Source: Octopus sinensis
Lineage: Eukaryota
NCBI RefSeq assembly: GCF_006345805.1
Contig: NC_043002.1
Coordinates: 36,332,001-36,396,000, forward strand
DNA: 64,000 nucleotides
Direction of reading: 5' to 3'
Part shown: one piece after another, positions 12,711 through 26,899 of the stretch
Layout of the letters: every line of letters begins with the position of its first letter
How positions within the stretch are numbered: position 1 is the first letter of the stretch
The notes under the pieces: model-generated
Told to the model about the DNA's origin: nothing
Database searches by the model: none
What the model saw: the letters and a program-made list of their open reading frames with translations, nothing else
Translations under genes and position numbers: made by a program

Positions 12711-14900
12711 GAAAGGCAATTTCTACCTGCAACAAGAAATGTGTGTGTGTGTGTATTATGACTAACAGAAAACTAACCAGCGAATAGGTTCTCTAGTAGT
12801 TATTTAAAAAAATTCTAAAATCAATGCTACTCTTATCTTTTCTGAAAGATGTATCTTACTTATAGCAGTATTTCTGAAAATACAGATCTCCAATGCTTGT
12901 ATTGAAAATCATAAATAGCTGGTCATTAGATAATCAATAAGTCACTCAATCTTCTGCTATTTACTTTTTGCATGGTTTTATGAATAGCAGTCTCTTTTGT
13001 AACAATCAGAGTATGTTTAGGTCTCAGCATCCAATAGATATCCACTCTTAGCTTAGATAGAATCAGAATATTTGCAATAAGGTTGCTTCATAGCCACTCC
13101 ACTTGTTTCTTTAACAGTCTCTGTAATGGCTTGCTCTTTAGCACTCAATGTTTTCTCCCCATTGAAGTGGAAATTAAAAGGCAGAATTAGTACTTCTCCA
13201 TCTATCAGAATCAATTAAATGAAGTAGAGATATATACATAGTTATATATTTAAAGACTTTCTCCTTTTGCTTTGGTTAAACTAAGATATAATTGTTTGTT
13301 TCTGCCACTCTTCTATCCAGTTTTTCCATTCACAATACATTCAATCTGAATTTTAAATTCATTTAAACTCTTTTAGATGTGACTTCCAAACAGCAGTAAA
13401 GGTTCCATATTTTGATAGGAGAGGAGGGAAAAGAGAACCATGACACAGATGAGAGCTGGTTGCAAATACTAGATAGACCACTGCAGGCCATTAACCAGTT
13501 TTGTGGATGGACTAATGGCCCAATCAGGCAGCAGGCAATATTGTGTTATAAGAACTATGTGCAAGGTATAGCAAAAGGAAAGGAGGAGAGCAATTAACTC
13601 CTGGGTCAAGTGTGAAGTGACACAAAATTTTCTCCAGATTTTCATACCAGAAAATACTTTTCCCCTGTAACTAACAATCCTTGCTATGCTAGAAGCAAAC
13701 TGACATTTCTGGAAGAAAGCCTGATAGAATGCAATATGTCACATGTATTTAGCTTGGATAGAAACTAAAAGTAAGAGGTTTACTAAAGTTCTGTGATATA
13801 AAATTGAGAAGCATGAACTGTTCCAAAATTCCAAAGCAGAGTTATCATATAAATTCGAATGTCAGTTGGGAAAAATGTATTTGTAATGAAGATAGTGAAC
13901 TTACTTTCAGTGATCATGAAAATAGATATGGAAAGTGCTACAATAAGAGGTTGTTGAATGAAGAGTTGAAGTGGAAATATAAAAGAGATTACAAGAGAAT
14001 GTTGAATGTAGAGTAAGACTACTCCGTATGGGACTAACAAACAGACCAGCTTCTGAGGCTAACTGCAGTATAATTAGTAAGGCTTTAAAGATATGAAGAT
14101 ATAGAAAACAGCAGGTTCAGGTTCAGTTGCTGAGATGTTAAAGCTATCAACTAATATTTTAGTAGTTACTTTCTTAGTAAATCAAGTTTTGTTGGAAGGT
14201 GTTGTCATTGCTGACTAGCATAGCATCAACAACATCAAAGATAAAAGAGGTGCACTGGGAGACAATTACAGAGGCCTCAAACTGATTGGTGACTTTTAGT
14301 AAATGCTAAAATGAAATAGTTTTTTATTAAGGTAAAGAGTTAAAATTAGGATACATCTGGAAATTGCTGCCAAATATTTAACTGTTTTTCTCTGTGTCAC
14401 AAGTTTGGCTAGTTACAGCTTATCTGGGAATTTCTTATGATTTCTTTGCTCTTCATGCTTTTAGCAATAAACACACACTAATTTCCATCAGATCAAGAAT
14501 CTTCAGGTAATATGAAGAAACATACCTTGTATTTATATCAGTACTTCTTTAGAGAAATTGTTTTGAGTAATTCTGTTGAAATTTCAGTCGAGTCAGATTC
14601 CATCTTTTCTGTTACATATAGAGCATTATATGTATTTGCCTGACCTTCTCTATTAATTTTCTGGAAATAATTAAATACCACAGTTTCATATCTGTACTCC
14701 ATGTTTTTTTCTCAAAACATTTCAGAATAACCTTTTAACTCAAATTTACCATCTAATTTCTTACTGAAAATTATACAAATTAAATATTAATTGAACCAGC
14801 TTTATCTAAATACATCTAATTATTCCTATCTACCATACTAGATTATGGGTGCTATCTCCCACTTCAAATTATCAATTATTTTAAATTTCTCATTCATCAG

Positions 14901-14953
14901 GGTTGATGGTGTTGAAGAAGTACAATATGAAATATCTCGGATTAAACAAAAAA
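14901..14953 (+). CDS. STX16: Syntaxin-16 coding exon
   Basis: catcag|G GTT...AAA A|gtaagt; (W)VDGVEEVQYEISRIKQK matches WVDGVDEIQYDVGRIKQK; 53 nt, phase 2 to 1. Confidence 0.95.
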
Positions 14954-16692
14954 GTAAGTCCAAACATTGATGATATACATTGTGATTAAAAAGAGAAGCT
15001 ATATTGTTTTAGAATCAGATGATGTGTTCTCTTGTATAACTTGTCTCTCTTAAGTTTCTACTCTGAATCAGTTCTACCAGCTACCTATACTACTTTTAGC
15101 TTCTGTGTTGTTGTTATATTCATATCCACTTGTGTAATTTTTTTGCCATTAGTTTAAGTTATTGGTATTTTGCCCATTTGGAATTATATTATATTATATC
15201 TTTATTATATTTTTATCATTCATGTATTTTTATTAGGTAAAGTCTGTTGAAAGGTAATTTATTGACTTTGATGTAATATTTGTAATGTAGTGTTGTAAGT
15301 AATCAATATATATGCTGTTGAATAATTTGCAAAAATAAATATTGTTTCTAACCTGAATAGTCCATTTAAGCTTCACTAATTTATTCAATAGAATCTTGTA
15401 CCTCAATAGTAATGTTTCTGTGCTTATTAAATGATAGCTCTTTTTTTAACAAAGTTGTATATATAATCTTCATGTTTTCCATCATCCCCCTGGTAATTAC
15501 ACTCCTCCCCAACATAGCCATAAAGAGCAGAAATTGCAATCACAATAAAAAAAATGCAAAATGAAAACATAGCATGATGGTAAACAGTCTGAAAGTTAAA
15601 GAGACTTTTTATACTTGCACCAACATATCATGCAAGTCTCTTTTTAGCCACTTAGTCTGCTGATCATACATCTATATGGCCTTCTCATTAACAGCCTAAA
15701 AAGCACCTTGCATCTTGCTGTGCCTTATGAGCACAGTAAACATAGAAGATTTAGTTAACTCTGACATTCCCTGAGAGAATTTGTTTATGACATATTTATA
15801 GCTTGAAATAAAAATTCATGCAAGAATCATCATCTTTGTAACATCCACCCCACTCTCACCTCTCTGACTACAGTTCTATTGCTCAATTGCTGTAGTTATA
15901 TGAGAGCTGAACTATACATATGCCTTCTTTTTTGTGTTAACAATAATTCCTCTTCTTGGAACTACCCCCCTTGCCACCCATCCCACACGCCCAATGTCAT
16001 CCCTTATCACTGTATATCCATTGAACTCCTATTTCACCTGAATGCCCTTTCATCCTTGCCATTGATACCCTTTTTTTTCGTAACTAAATATATCCACCCT
16101 TATGTACACTTCTGTCTCCCAACATTTCACCTCATCCCACCTACCTACTCATCAGCCATCCTTGATTCTCTGCCCTACCTTTTCTTATTCTTTCTTTATC
16201 CAATTCTAGTAATTTGAGGGTACACTCTGATATCTCATCTCCACCATCTTTTCTCTCTTTCCTGCTGAGGTATCCATGTATCTCCTCTACAGCAAGACAC
16301 CTATTCCTGTCCCTCTTTTCTACACCTGGTACAATGCCTCTTCCCTCAATACTGTACCCCCACTCTGTGTAGGGGTCGTGTCTTGCATGTTACTAGTGCT
16401 AGCCAGATCCTGTGGAATTCAATCCATAGCAGCATGGAAGATTGACATTGGTGAACAGGAGGAGGAGGATGACAATGACAACAATGTTGATCTCTGGCTC
16501 CCAGCAGAAATTTTAATTCATGTCACTCTTTGGTTTCAAATATGCATTATAATTGAATCTAGAAATATTTCCAAAATTATTTATTTTATTTACTGTATCT
16601 TTAAGATTACTTTTATTTGTTGACTGGTGTCTGTGACTCAGAATGTTCTCAAGTAGAGATTTCACCTTCACCTTTTCTGTTTCCTATTGTAG

Positions 16693-16799
16693 TGAAGGAA
16701 CTGACAGTTCTTCAGGTCAGACACTTGAACCTACCCACCATGGATGACAGTATTGATGAGGAGCATGTCATACAAATCCAAACGCAGGAAATCACCCAG
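16693..16799 (+). CDS. STX16: Syntaxin-16 coding exon (Habc)
   Basis: ttgtag|TG AAG...CAG|gtctgt; (M)KELTVLQVRHLNLPTMDDSIDEEHVIQIQTQEITQ; 107 nt, phase 1 to 0. Confidence 0.95.
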
Positions 16800-17254
16800 G
16801 TCTGTTTTTTTTATTTTCCCAGTCTTCATGTTGCTATATTTACTTCTTATATAACCTAGTTGTTTATATGGTTGTTAATCATTTCCCTAACAGGAAATCA
16901 TGTGTACACACCACATACATGTAAACACATGCATGCATACACATACACATGCATAATCTTTTTGTAGTCACATGACCTGCTAGAAATAGCAACTAAAATT
17001 TCTCAAATCACACCCTAACCAGCATTAAAAAAAGATATAGATGATATAATCCTGAGAAACATTACTGGAAAAGTAGTTATGATAATTGTTACTGGAATGC
17101 TTTTGATCAAAGACCTGCTCAATCAGAGCCAAAAAATGGTGTATAGTTGTTCATAGTCATTGATAAGAGTTACATAAAATGTAGTTTATGTAACTCTTAT
17201 AACTATAAAATGTACCTTAATTCCCATGTGGCATGTATTTTTTAGTAAATATAT

Positions 17255-17798
17255 TAAGGCCACGTGAGGCCATAATCCCGTGGCCTACACCTGGGATGTA
17301 GCCAGCCCACTTATGCATTCCTTTCCTTCTTGGGACACAAAACTTCACTTGTGAAGACCTGTTGAGGCAAGTGAAGATCAAAATCAAAACCGTAATCTAT
17401 CAACATCAATGGAATTTGTAGCTGTGATACCAGTGCCAGTGGCACGTAAGAGATCCATTCGAACGTGGCCGTAGCCAGTGCCGCCCGACTGGCCTCCGTG
17501 CCGGTGGCACATAAAAAGCACCATCCAACTGTGGCTGTTGCCAGCTTTGTCTGGTCCCCATGCCGGTGGCACGTAAAAAGCACCTTCCGATCGTGGCCGT
17601 CTGCCAGCCCCGTCTGGCACGTAAAAAGCACCCACTACACTCACGGAGTGGTTGGCATTAGGAAGGGCATCCAGCTGTAGAAACACTGCCAGATCAGACT
17701 GGGCCTGGTGCAGCCTTCTGGCTTCCCAGACCCCAGTTGAACCGTCCAACCCATGCCAGCATGGAAAGCGGACGTTAAATGATGATGATGATGATGAT
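17255..17798 (+). mobile_element. RTE LINE 3' UTR copy with internal ~55-bp repeats and (GAT)n tail
   Basis: Homologous to the 3' UTR at 5468-6140; ends ggacgttaaat(gat)6. Confidence 0.9.
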
Positions 17799-19217
17799 TC
17801 TGTTTTGGGGGTAAGATGGAGGAACTGAGATCTATTTACTCAAGATTACATGATTGGGGTGGTGTTTTCTTAAAGTAATTGTTCTTACAGTTGCATACCT
17901 GTCCTACTGCTATTGTGCCTTGATGTACCAGTCATCATTCCCTAAACACATACTGTCTCCATCAGAATGGAAATAATTACAGATTATTCGTCTTGCAAGT
18001 TATCTCATGACATCACTACTGCCAGTGCTACAAAAAAAATGCACCCAATACACTGTAAACTGATTGGCATTTGGTAGAGCATTCAACCATTGAAACCATG
18101 ACAAAGCAAGCATTGGAGCTTGACACAGCACTTTGGCTTGCAAGACCCTGTCAAACTGTTCAACCTTTGTCAGCATGGAAGATGGATGCTAAATGATAAT
18201 GATAGCAGTGGTGACAGCACTGAATCAGTTCTAAATTCTTGGTTTGAGTCCAAAGTAATCTCTACACAGAGTTTAAAAATGGAATGAAAAATGGGAGAGC
18301 TAGTAAGTATGAAGAAGCAAAGCAGTTATAGCAAGGGAGACTCACACTGATGTTGGTGACAAAATTAGATGAACTATTTCAGGAAAGGGAGTTGTTGTTT
18401 AGTCCCAATTAAGCAAACTTATGATTAAAAGCATTTCAGTTGTGATCATCCCACTGTTTTAGGGAGGCATGCTGCACTACATTACATAATGCATACGTTT
18501 CTTGTTTTAAACAGTAGGATGTGATACAAAGGAGATTTGGTTGCTATTTCTATTACATTGGGCTATCATGTAGTGGCTCCCTTGTATTATATAGTGAGGT
18601 TTGTGAACTGTAATTACACTGGACTTAAAATTTAGCCATTTTTTTCTTCCTGATATTTAATGATGAAATGACAGGAATTTAACAAAAGGAGTCAATCACC
18701 TGACTAATTGCCTTACAGTATTCAATTTTATTGTTTTGTACTCTGGGTTCTACTTCTAATGCAAGTTTTCATTCAAAATCTTTGAAATAAGAACTAGGAT
18801 ATACTATGACTGATTCAAAAGATTATATCTCATTGACAAACATTAGCTTCTTACCTAATTCAAAATTAAATCATAGTTTCTTTGGAGTGAGCCTCTAAGT
18901 AGCCACTTCACCTGCTAGATAATGCAACCAAATTTCCTTCAAACAACAACTTACCACATTAGAAAAAAATAGACCCATTTGAATTATACAGTTCTAGATA
19001 CTGTGTTTGGAAAGAAAATGGGATGGTCATGGCTGAAACATTTGATCATAGAACTGCTTGATCAGTGCTAACCTGTAGTTAAATAACAAGATTATGAACA
19101 TTTGAAAGACCTCAACTGAAATATCAAATAAAGAGGATTCTGTAGGCAGTTTATTAAAATATAATGTGTGTTTCTATCAGCTCTATACATTTTTAAACAT
19201 TTTTTTTTTTTTTTCAG

Positions 19218-19380
19218 ATTTTCACTCATTGTCAGAATCTGATTCATCAAATTAGCCGGCGCAGTAAAAGTGGAACACCACAAGAGATTAAACTGTGCAA
19301 AAATATTGTTTCTTCTTTAGCCAGAACTATTCAAGAAATGTCAACCAACTTTAAAAGGTGTCAGTCATCATATTTGCAGC
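19218..19380 (+). CDS. STX16: Syntaxin-16 coding exon (Habc)
   Basis: (t)n cag|ATT...CAG C|gtaagt; IFTHCQNLIHQ...KNIVSSLARTIQEMSTNFKRCQSSYLQ; 163 nt, phase 0 to 1. Confidence 0.95.
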
Positions 19381-19489
19381 GTAAGTTTGTTTTCTTTCTC
19401 TTATTCTTTATTTACATTTTTTCAATTTTGAGAGCGCGTGGCCAGCATGCATGTGAGTATGTCTGTCTGTGTCTACTCCAGTTATTAAA

Positions 19490-19830
19490 TCATCATCATC
19501 GTTTAACGTCCGCTTTCCATGCTGGCATGGGTTGGACGGTTCAACTGGGGTCTGGGAAGCCAGAAGGCTGCACCAGGCCCAGTCTGATCTGGCAGTGTTT
19601 CTACAGCTGGATGCCCTTCCTAACGCCAACCACTCCGTGAGTGTAGTGGGTGCTTTTTATGTGCCAGACGAGGCTGGCAAACGGCCATGATCGGTTGGTG
19701 CTTTTTACGTGCCACCGGCACGGAGGCCAGGCCAGGCTGGCAACGGCCACGATCGGATGGTGCTTTTTACGTGACACCGGCACGGAGGCCAGTTGGGGCA
19801 GCGCTGGCAACGGCCACATTCAGATGGTTC
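19490..19830 (-). mobile_element. RTE LINE 3' UTR copy, inverted relative to 17255-17798
   Basis: Starts (cat)n cgtttaacgtccgctttccatgc on the + strand. Confidence 0.9.
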
Positions 19831-21181
19831 TCTTATGTGGTATTGAAATTGCTTACTATTTTACTTTCATGTTTTAAAATTTCTTAATACAGGGCTTTTG
19901 CTGATTTTTTTAAAAACTACATGAGAGAGAGGGACACCTCTCTCTCTCTCCTATTACTCTCTCTTTTATCAACCTGCCTCACTTCTATTGCTCTTTCTTG
20001 GCCTCTCTGCTATCTCTGTTCTTTTCATCCTATCTCTCTCCTATCTTACACTCTCTTCATTACTTTCCCTCTGTCTCCCTCCTGCTCTTTTCACTCTGCC
20101 TCTCTTAACATACATTCTCTTTCCTGCATTACCATTTCTTCTTTCTCCTTTTATTCAGGCCCAATTCTTTTACTCTCTCTTCTATCACTCTCTCACTCCT
20201 ATCACTCTGGGGATTTTTTCCTGTCACTCTTTCTTTTTCTCCACTACACCATGAGATAACAGCATATAGTGATACAAGTGATAGAAACTGTCCTTCCCAT
20301 ACATCCACTTCGGGAAAAGACTGGGACAAATTAACACAAGGAAGAGAGGACTATTGTCTTGTCAAGATTGAGACAACTGCTCTGTGTCTCATGTGTATGA
20401 GGCACCAGAGATAGCTGCATCTGATGCCTCTAACCTACAACGTTTCTATATGAACAGAGATATTACAGGCTAGAGAACACTCCCTAAGCTTGCTAGAAAC
20501 AAGCCAGTTCCTTTAGTGCTGATGGAGCAGAAAATATCTGTAAAATAGTTGATAATAATGGGAAGGGCTTCCAGCCAAAAAAACTATGCCAAAAATAGAA
20601 TGTGTGTGTGTGTGTGTGTGTGTGCATCTGTTTATGCACTCTTCTGTTCCGAATTAACACGTAAATAGCCAATTGTTCAATCAACTGAATGACCTTCTCA
20701 TGGAATTAACATGAAAAGTGGCTGAGTATTCCACAGACATGTGTACCCTTAATTTAATTCTCAAGTAAAATCAGGGTCAGTCAGGTGACATGACTGGACC
20801 TTTGAATTGCAGGTATGTGATGGATTCTGCGCAGTTATATATCATTTTCATCGTTTAATGTCCATTTTTCCGTGCTTGCAAGGAACTCGCTAAGGCAGGT
20901 TTTTCCACAGTTAGATTCCTTTTCTATTGCGGGCCCTCACTTGTCTCCAAGCAATTTAGTATTTTCCCATAACCAGACAATTTTTGTATTGCTGTGATGC
21001 TTGTTTACAATTATCATATGGTATCAAGATAAGAGTACTCAAAAACAGTCACACATACATATATACATGCACACACACACACACACACACCACACACACA
21101 CACACACAAATATATATACCTGTTGAATATTTTGCTGTAACTATGTTACACTTGTAATTATCATATTTTCACAAATGACAG

Positions 21182-21291
21182 GGCTAAAGATGAGAGAGGA
21201 CCGATCTCAGCAATACTTTGATGCCAATATCAATGCTGATTCTGGCCTTTTTAATGATGATCTGTTACTAGAGGAAGAGATTTATGATAAG
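21182..21291 (+). CDS. STX16: Syntaxin-16 coding exon (linker)
   Basis: gacag|GG CTA...AAG|gtaaga; (R)LKMREDRSQQYFDAN...EEEIYDK matches RMKNREERSQHFFD; 110 nt, phase 1 to 0. Confidence 0.92.
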
Positions 21292-22682
21292 GTAAGAAAC
21301 CCTCATATATTTCAGTTATACTTATTTTGATGAGTCATAATTTTTTTTTTACCTTTAAGTATATTTTCACTTGTTTTGAGATTCATAAAAGTGGTCTGTT
21401 GACATCTTCATTTATAGGTAATGCAAATATAAATGGTCTATTCTGATTGACAGCTTAACAGATAGTAATGCATCATCATCATTGCTTTACATCCACTTTT
21501 ACATTCTCATATGGGTCAGATGGAATTTGTTAAAGCAGATTTTCTATGGCCATATGCAGTTCCTGTCACCAACTCTCACCTGGAAAAGCAAGAAATGTAG
21601 CTTAGACCTGTTTAGATCAGATTACTTATTAGATATAGTGTTATTTAATTAATTTTAAATCATTCTAAGCAACAAAAATATTTTATATATATATATTATA
21701 TTTACTGTACATTAGTATTGAATTCATACCTAATAAAATCAAAATTCACAAGACTAAAGAGTCCCGTTATTTGGAAGGAAGACTAGGAGCTAGAATGGTT
21801 GCTTTATGCAAGATGTTGAGAGGATAAATTATGGTGGGAAGAGAAAGGACAGATTTGTTGTAAGGATGGGGGTCATGGACAGCTCATACTTTATATGGGT
21901 GAGAGTGGTGTCTGGAGTAGTACCAGAAAGAGGAGTGAATATAGTGGTGATGAATTATCAGACTGTACCCTTAAGATAACTTGTCCAAGAAGGTGAATGA
22001 AAAAGCAGAGAATCCACAGGGTTCAGTATGGAGTGAGAGAGAGAGAGAGAGAGAGCAATATAAACTTGAGGTAGAGGTGGTCATTGCTAAATATGAATGG
22101 GGGAATGATGGTAAAAATGATGAGTGTCTATCAATTGGGAAAAGCTTGAGGAGGGTGGATATGATATGGATTGTAGTAAGATTCTAATTTAATTACTTAC
22201 TGCTGCAGAATGGAACAGTAGTTAGGAAATTACTGGAAGGATAAATGATATGTGACATGAAAGGTAGGGTTAAGGATTGCAAGTGTAGAGAGAGATGGGT
22301 AAAATAAGAGTGAGGGTGAACAATGATAATAATTATGGTGAATGAGGGAAGAGGTGATAATAGCAAAAATATGGAATGGATGTCAATAGAAAGTGCACTG
22401 ATGGTCCTAGGTTGTGATATGTAGAGCATTCAGCTGGTAAAAACAATATCTTAATGACTTCTGTTCTCTTTTCTTAGATAGTGCAATCTTAATAAATGCA
22501 GAACAATGAGTGCATTAACAATTAACAGGTTGATATATATTGTCATTAAAATGATTCTCAAACATTTGGATGAAAAATAAATTGGAACAAGTTGAAAATT
22601 ATATAATGTTTGTAACTCCTTAACACTTCATTTTTTTTATATTAAATTACTTTCTCATTTAATATAATGTCAATATTTGTAG

Positions 22683-22826
22683 AGTTTCACAAGTGCCCAG
22701 AAGCAGCTTGTTGAAGACAACAGTGTTTTAATCCAGCAAAGAGAGACCGAAATCATCAAAATTGTCTCATCCATCCAAGACTTGAATGAAATTTTCAAAG
22801 ATTTATCCACTATGATAGTGGATCAG
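22683..22826 (+). CDS. STX16: Syntaxin-16 coding exon (Qa-SNARE motif, N-half)
   Basis: ttgtag|AGT...CAG|gtcagt; QRETEIIKIVSSIQDLNEIFKDLSTMIVDQ, with the zero-layer Q; 144 nt. Confidence 0.96.
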
Positions 22827-23415
22827 GTCAGTTAAATTCCACTTTTTTTTAATAGCTTGACATTTATTTAAATCAGAATAATAGTTGATTGCTTAAGATA
22901 TTCTATTAAGGGCTCTGTTTTATTCTAAAGCATTGTCTTGTGTGCTTGTGTAAGGTATTCACTTCTCTCTATGACTTTTGCTATCAATCTTCAGTGTTAG
23001 GCAAGTTAAAAAGAAATATTCCAAGAATGCAGAACAAATGTCTGAATAAAAAAAAATTATAAAACCTATTAAATTCATAACACAAAGCTTCAGTGAATTC
23101 TAATGAAACATTTCTATAGTCTAGTGGGGAATAACTAAATGTCAAGTCAAACTTGAATGGTGACTTAACAATGAAGCTTTGCATTTCTTTGTTTAATGCA
23201 GTGTAAATGTGGTAAGATTAGAACTTGATGTTATAAACTATCAAGGCTCATTAACCGTTAATTGTATACCATTGCTGAATAATGTTTCAATGTTTACCTT
23301 TTTTTTTTTTTTGTTTCTTTTTCATATTACTGACAATCATACAAGATGTCATTTCTGTTTTGCATTACTGCCATGTCTGAATTTCTGATTCATGTTTGTT
23401 TCTTTCTTATTTCAG

Positions 23416-23598
23416 GGTACTATATTAGATCGTATTGACTACAATGTAGAAATGGCCAATGTTCAGGTGGAAAAAGGTTTGGTACAACTAAAGAAGGCTG
23501 AGACACATCAAAAGAAGAGCAGAAAAATGCTAATAATAACTGTTCTTTCAATTATCATTATCATTCTCGTCATTATATTGATTGCCGTTAAACATTAA
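23416..23598 (+). CDS. STX16: Syntaxin-16 last coding exon (SNARE C-half and transmembrane anchor)
   Basis: tttcag|GGT; [12 protein letters not shown]...[34 protein letters not shown]; TAA at 23596-23598. Confidence 0.97.
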   Translation, partial: GTILDRIDYNVEMANVQVEKGLVQLKKAETHQKKSRKMLIITVLSIIIIILVIILIAVKH

Positions 23599-23976
23599 GG
23601 TAATGCTGCAGACAATCACATTGCTGAACTCACTCCATACAGACACTGATTTATTTTCTACTATATATCTTTTACTCTACATTACAAGGCACCATTTACT
23701 GCTGTGTGTCTTTCTAATTCATACCCTTTCCTTCAATAATAGTTAAATCCTATTATATCTGCTTATGCAATTAGCTATGTTCAGCATAAACTGAGGTTAA
23801 TATCGGTGAGTTAGCCAGAAACATTGTCTTCCCACTGGGTACACAGATCTCATTGTCATACTAAAACAAGCCAGTTGCCAGTCAGTGGGATGGAAAATTA
23901 AAGTCAGTTGAAATAACACTTTAACTGTATATATGTGCATGCACATCTGACAAAGCAACAGCGAAAAATATTTTTA

Positions 23977-23982
23977 AATAAA
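23977..23982 (+). terminator. Candidate STX16 polyadenylation signal (distal alternatives at about 26269 and 26358)
   Basis: AATAAA downstream of the stop; actual usage unknown. Confidence 0.3.
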
Positions 23983-24992
23983 TGTGAAGGGAATATCCAC
24001 AACAGTTTGATTCCACCAGGCTTCACATTGTAAGCACAGCAAAAAGGCATGATTATTGAAACAAGTGTATATAATATATACTTCTGGCTTTCTATATCAT
24101 CTCAAAAATTATTGCCTTTTATATTATTTAAACTTCAATCTATTTAATCCAATATTTCTCAAATATAAGATAATTTATTTATTAATTTATAGTATAGTAT
24201 TGTTACATTTCAAATGCGAAATTTTCTACAAAAATGCTAACATTTTATCAGCTAAAATATATGTGCTAAACTTCTTGCATAAAATGTAGAAAAATCTGAA
24301 GATTTTGAAAATGAATTTAAAAAGCAACTGCTTGAATACACAGATACTCTTTTGTTATTCTACTAAAAAAAAAAAGATAAAAATGGTGCACCAACATGCT
24401 GGTTTGGGGGACCAACAGTTTATTTATTATACATATGTGTCACCTAAAAAAAACTGTAAAGGTGAAATACTGGCTGGATGAACAATTTACTGAATCACCA
24501 ACTTCATGCTTACATTTTTGTGAATTAGAATTTTTTTGTTCTTTTTATATTTGAGAAATTTTATTATAGAGAAAGGCTGTGGTTCTGTGCATGAAGCAAG
24601 AATGTTGTTATGTACTTGTGTGTGAAGTGAGAGTGTTGTTTACTTGTGTATAAGGTGAAGTGTACACATGAAGAATTAGCAAAAACTTTTGACATTTCCA
24701 GACACATTTTTTTTTTAAACTTGTTTTTAATTTTTCTAGTATTGTGAAAGTGTATTAAATAGCAGCTAGTAAATGTTACCACTCCTTAGTGGCATTGTAT
24801 TCTGGTTAGATAACAACTGATAAACTCTACCACTTATTGGTATAAGCAGTATTGTTACACAACAACAAGTAAACTGTTTTGCTGGTTTAGAAAATATTAA
24901 CTACCATTTAGTAAACAACACAACTTTAGATTGGTGAACTGTACTACTCTATACTGGTAAGAGCAATGTGATAACAACAGCTGGCAGTTACT

Positions 24993-25031
<39 letters not shown>

Positions 25032-26899
25032 CATTATTGTAGAGTAAATGTCAGAAGTTTCTTTTCTGATTTTGTTTTTTTACAGTCAACTAATTACTGA
25101 TCTACTTAAGACTTTGAGTACACCAACCTGGTGAATTCAGATTGATTACAGTGATGTTTTTTTGTTGTTTTTTTTTAAAAAGAAACTTATTGAATATCCT
25201 GAATAGCAGCCTTCCCCCAAAACTGAAGGAATTAGTGTAAGATTAGTGTTTGTTTTCCTTTTCCACTGGATAAAACTTTGAGCTAGAGAAATATCTTGAT
25301 GTTGTGCATCTAAATTTGCACATGTAATCAAGTACTTTAGCATAGCGAATGTGAGTGGGTGTTATTTTGAAAAAAATCTTCATCGTTTCTCTATATTTTT
25401 GTATATAATTGTCATGGGTGATGTACCATATTTAATAATGAAGATTTTATGAAAATGAAGAATTTTAAATCTTAATCATAGATTTTGTTGTTTTGTTTTT
25501 TTCTCTTTCTTTAAAAAAATAATGATGACAATATCAAACATATATTGTAAAATATATATTGTATTTCAGATTTCCCTGCACTTTGTTTTAGCTTGATTTT
25601 ATTTTTGGATAGAACAATGAGACAAAGATTCTTTAACTAAAGCAGTATAAATTGTTACAATATTCTTTTCTCTGTCTTTTGACACAGGCACAGATGTTTG
25701 TGTGTATATGTGCATACATTCCATAAATCAAGCTGACCTCAAGCAAATAACAAAAGCTTAAAACAGGGTAGAGTTGGGAGATTCAACTGCATTTTTTTTT
25801 TTTTTTTTGTAAAATAATCAGAGGACTCAGAAGAAATTATTGTTAATGAAAGCTGAGTAATAACAGAAATTCATTTTATTCCAAGTTTTGTTCATGTACA
25901 CAGACATACACGTTTTTTTTCTTTTTTTTTTTTTTCTCTAAATAGAAGAAATAGTTTGCATCTTAAAGCCGGAAATATATTTTCTGACTTTTCAGAAATA
26001 TTTTATACCAAGACAAGATTCATGAGCAATTTTAGATTTCGTTGAACTTAGTCATCAAAAATGTAGTACTTATTTGTAGTGTAGGACTACATGTCCCTGT
26101 CCTCAATTGTTTCCATGTAGATTGGTGTCAGTTGTAAACTTTGTTTGTGTGTGTGTGTAAAACCTGCTTAATTTTGCAATGGTTACAAAATGGAACAGCT
26201 GTCACTATACATTTGACAGGTTGAAGCTTTTATCAATTTTCAACAGATTAACACGGCCGGACTTAAAAAATAAACAACTATTGATTTAATAATCAGTCAG
26301 GAACAGTTGTTTCTCATTTTGGTTTTTCTCTTTTAGTAATTAATCTCTTTAAAGACCAATAAAATTGGATTTTATTAATGATATTTTTTTTGTAAATTTA
26401 ATGAAAAGCTCTTAGAACTAAAAGTGAAAAAAAGGAAACTGAGTAGTTGTGATCCTTATGTTCTCTCCTTTTTTTAATGTGATTAACATTATTGGCACCA
26501 TACTCAGACTCCTTTTCAGTGGAAACATTCAATTACAATCTAATTGGCACCAAATAAGAGAGCCTCTACTTGGTTACTTGTTCTTCTATAAAAAAGAAGC
26601 TCGCTTTCCCTCAAATCACATCCTATCAACTTAAAAAATAAAGAAGACTGGATGGTGATGTCTGGGATGCCCTATGGTCATAGGTCTACTTGATTAGGAT
26701 TGTCCAAAAGCTAAGCAACAACAACTAATTATATGATAATGATTTCTAACATTGACACTCAGCCTGAAATTCTGGGGATGAATATTATCGATGGATTATA
26801 ATTAACCCTAGTACTTGGTACTTATTTTATTGCCCCTTCCTACTTTCAGGAAGTTGAATAGTAAAGTCAGTCTCAGTAGGAATATAGTTTAATATAGTT

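Noticed and set aside
12900-14880. Protein-like fragments in STX16 intron
   Set aside because: Multiple stops, no consistent splice sites; probably very old LINE debris that cannot be assigned.
17400-17640. Repeat-spacer-like array resembling CRISPR
   Set aside because: Eukaryotic context, no cas genes, and the spacers are homologous to each other; it is an RTE 3' UTR tandem repeat.
19921-20259. Hydrophobic ORFs here and at 2315-2758, 15879-16217 and 34584-34978
   Set aside because: Artefacts of CT-rich low-complexity sequence.
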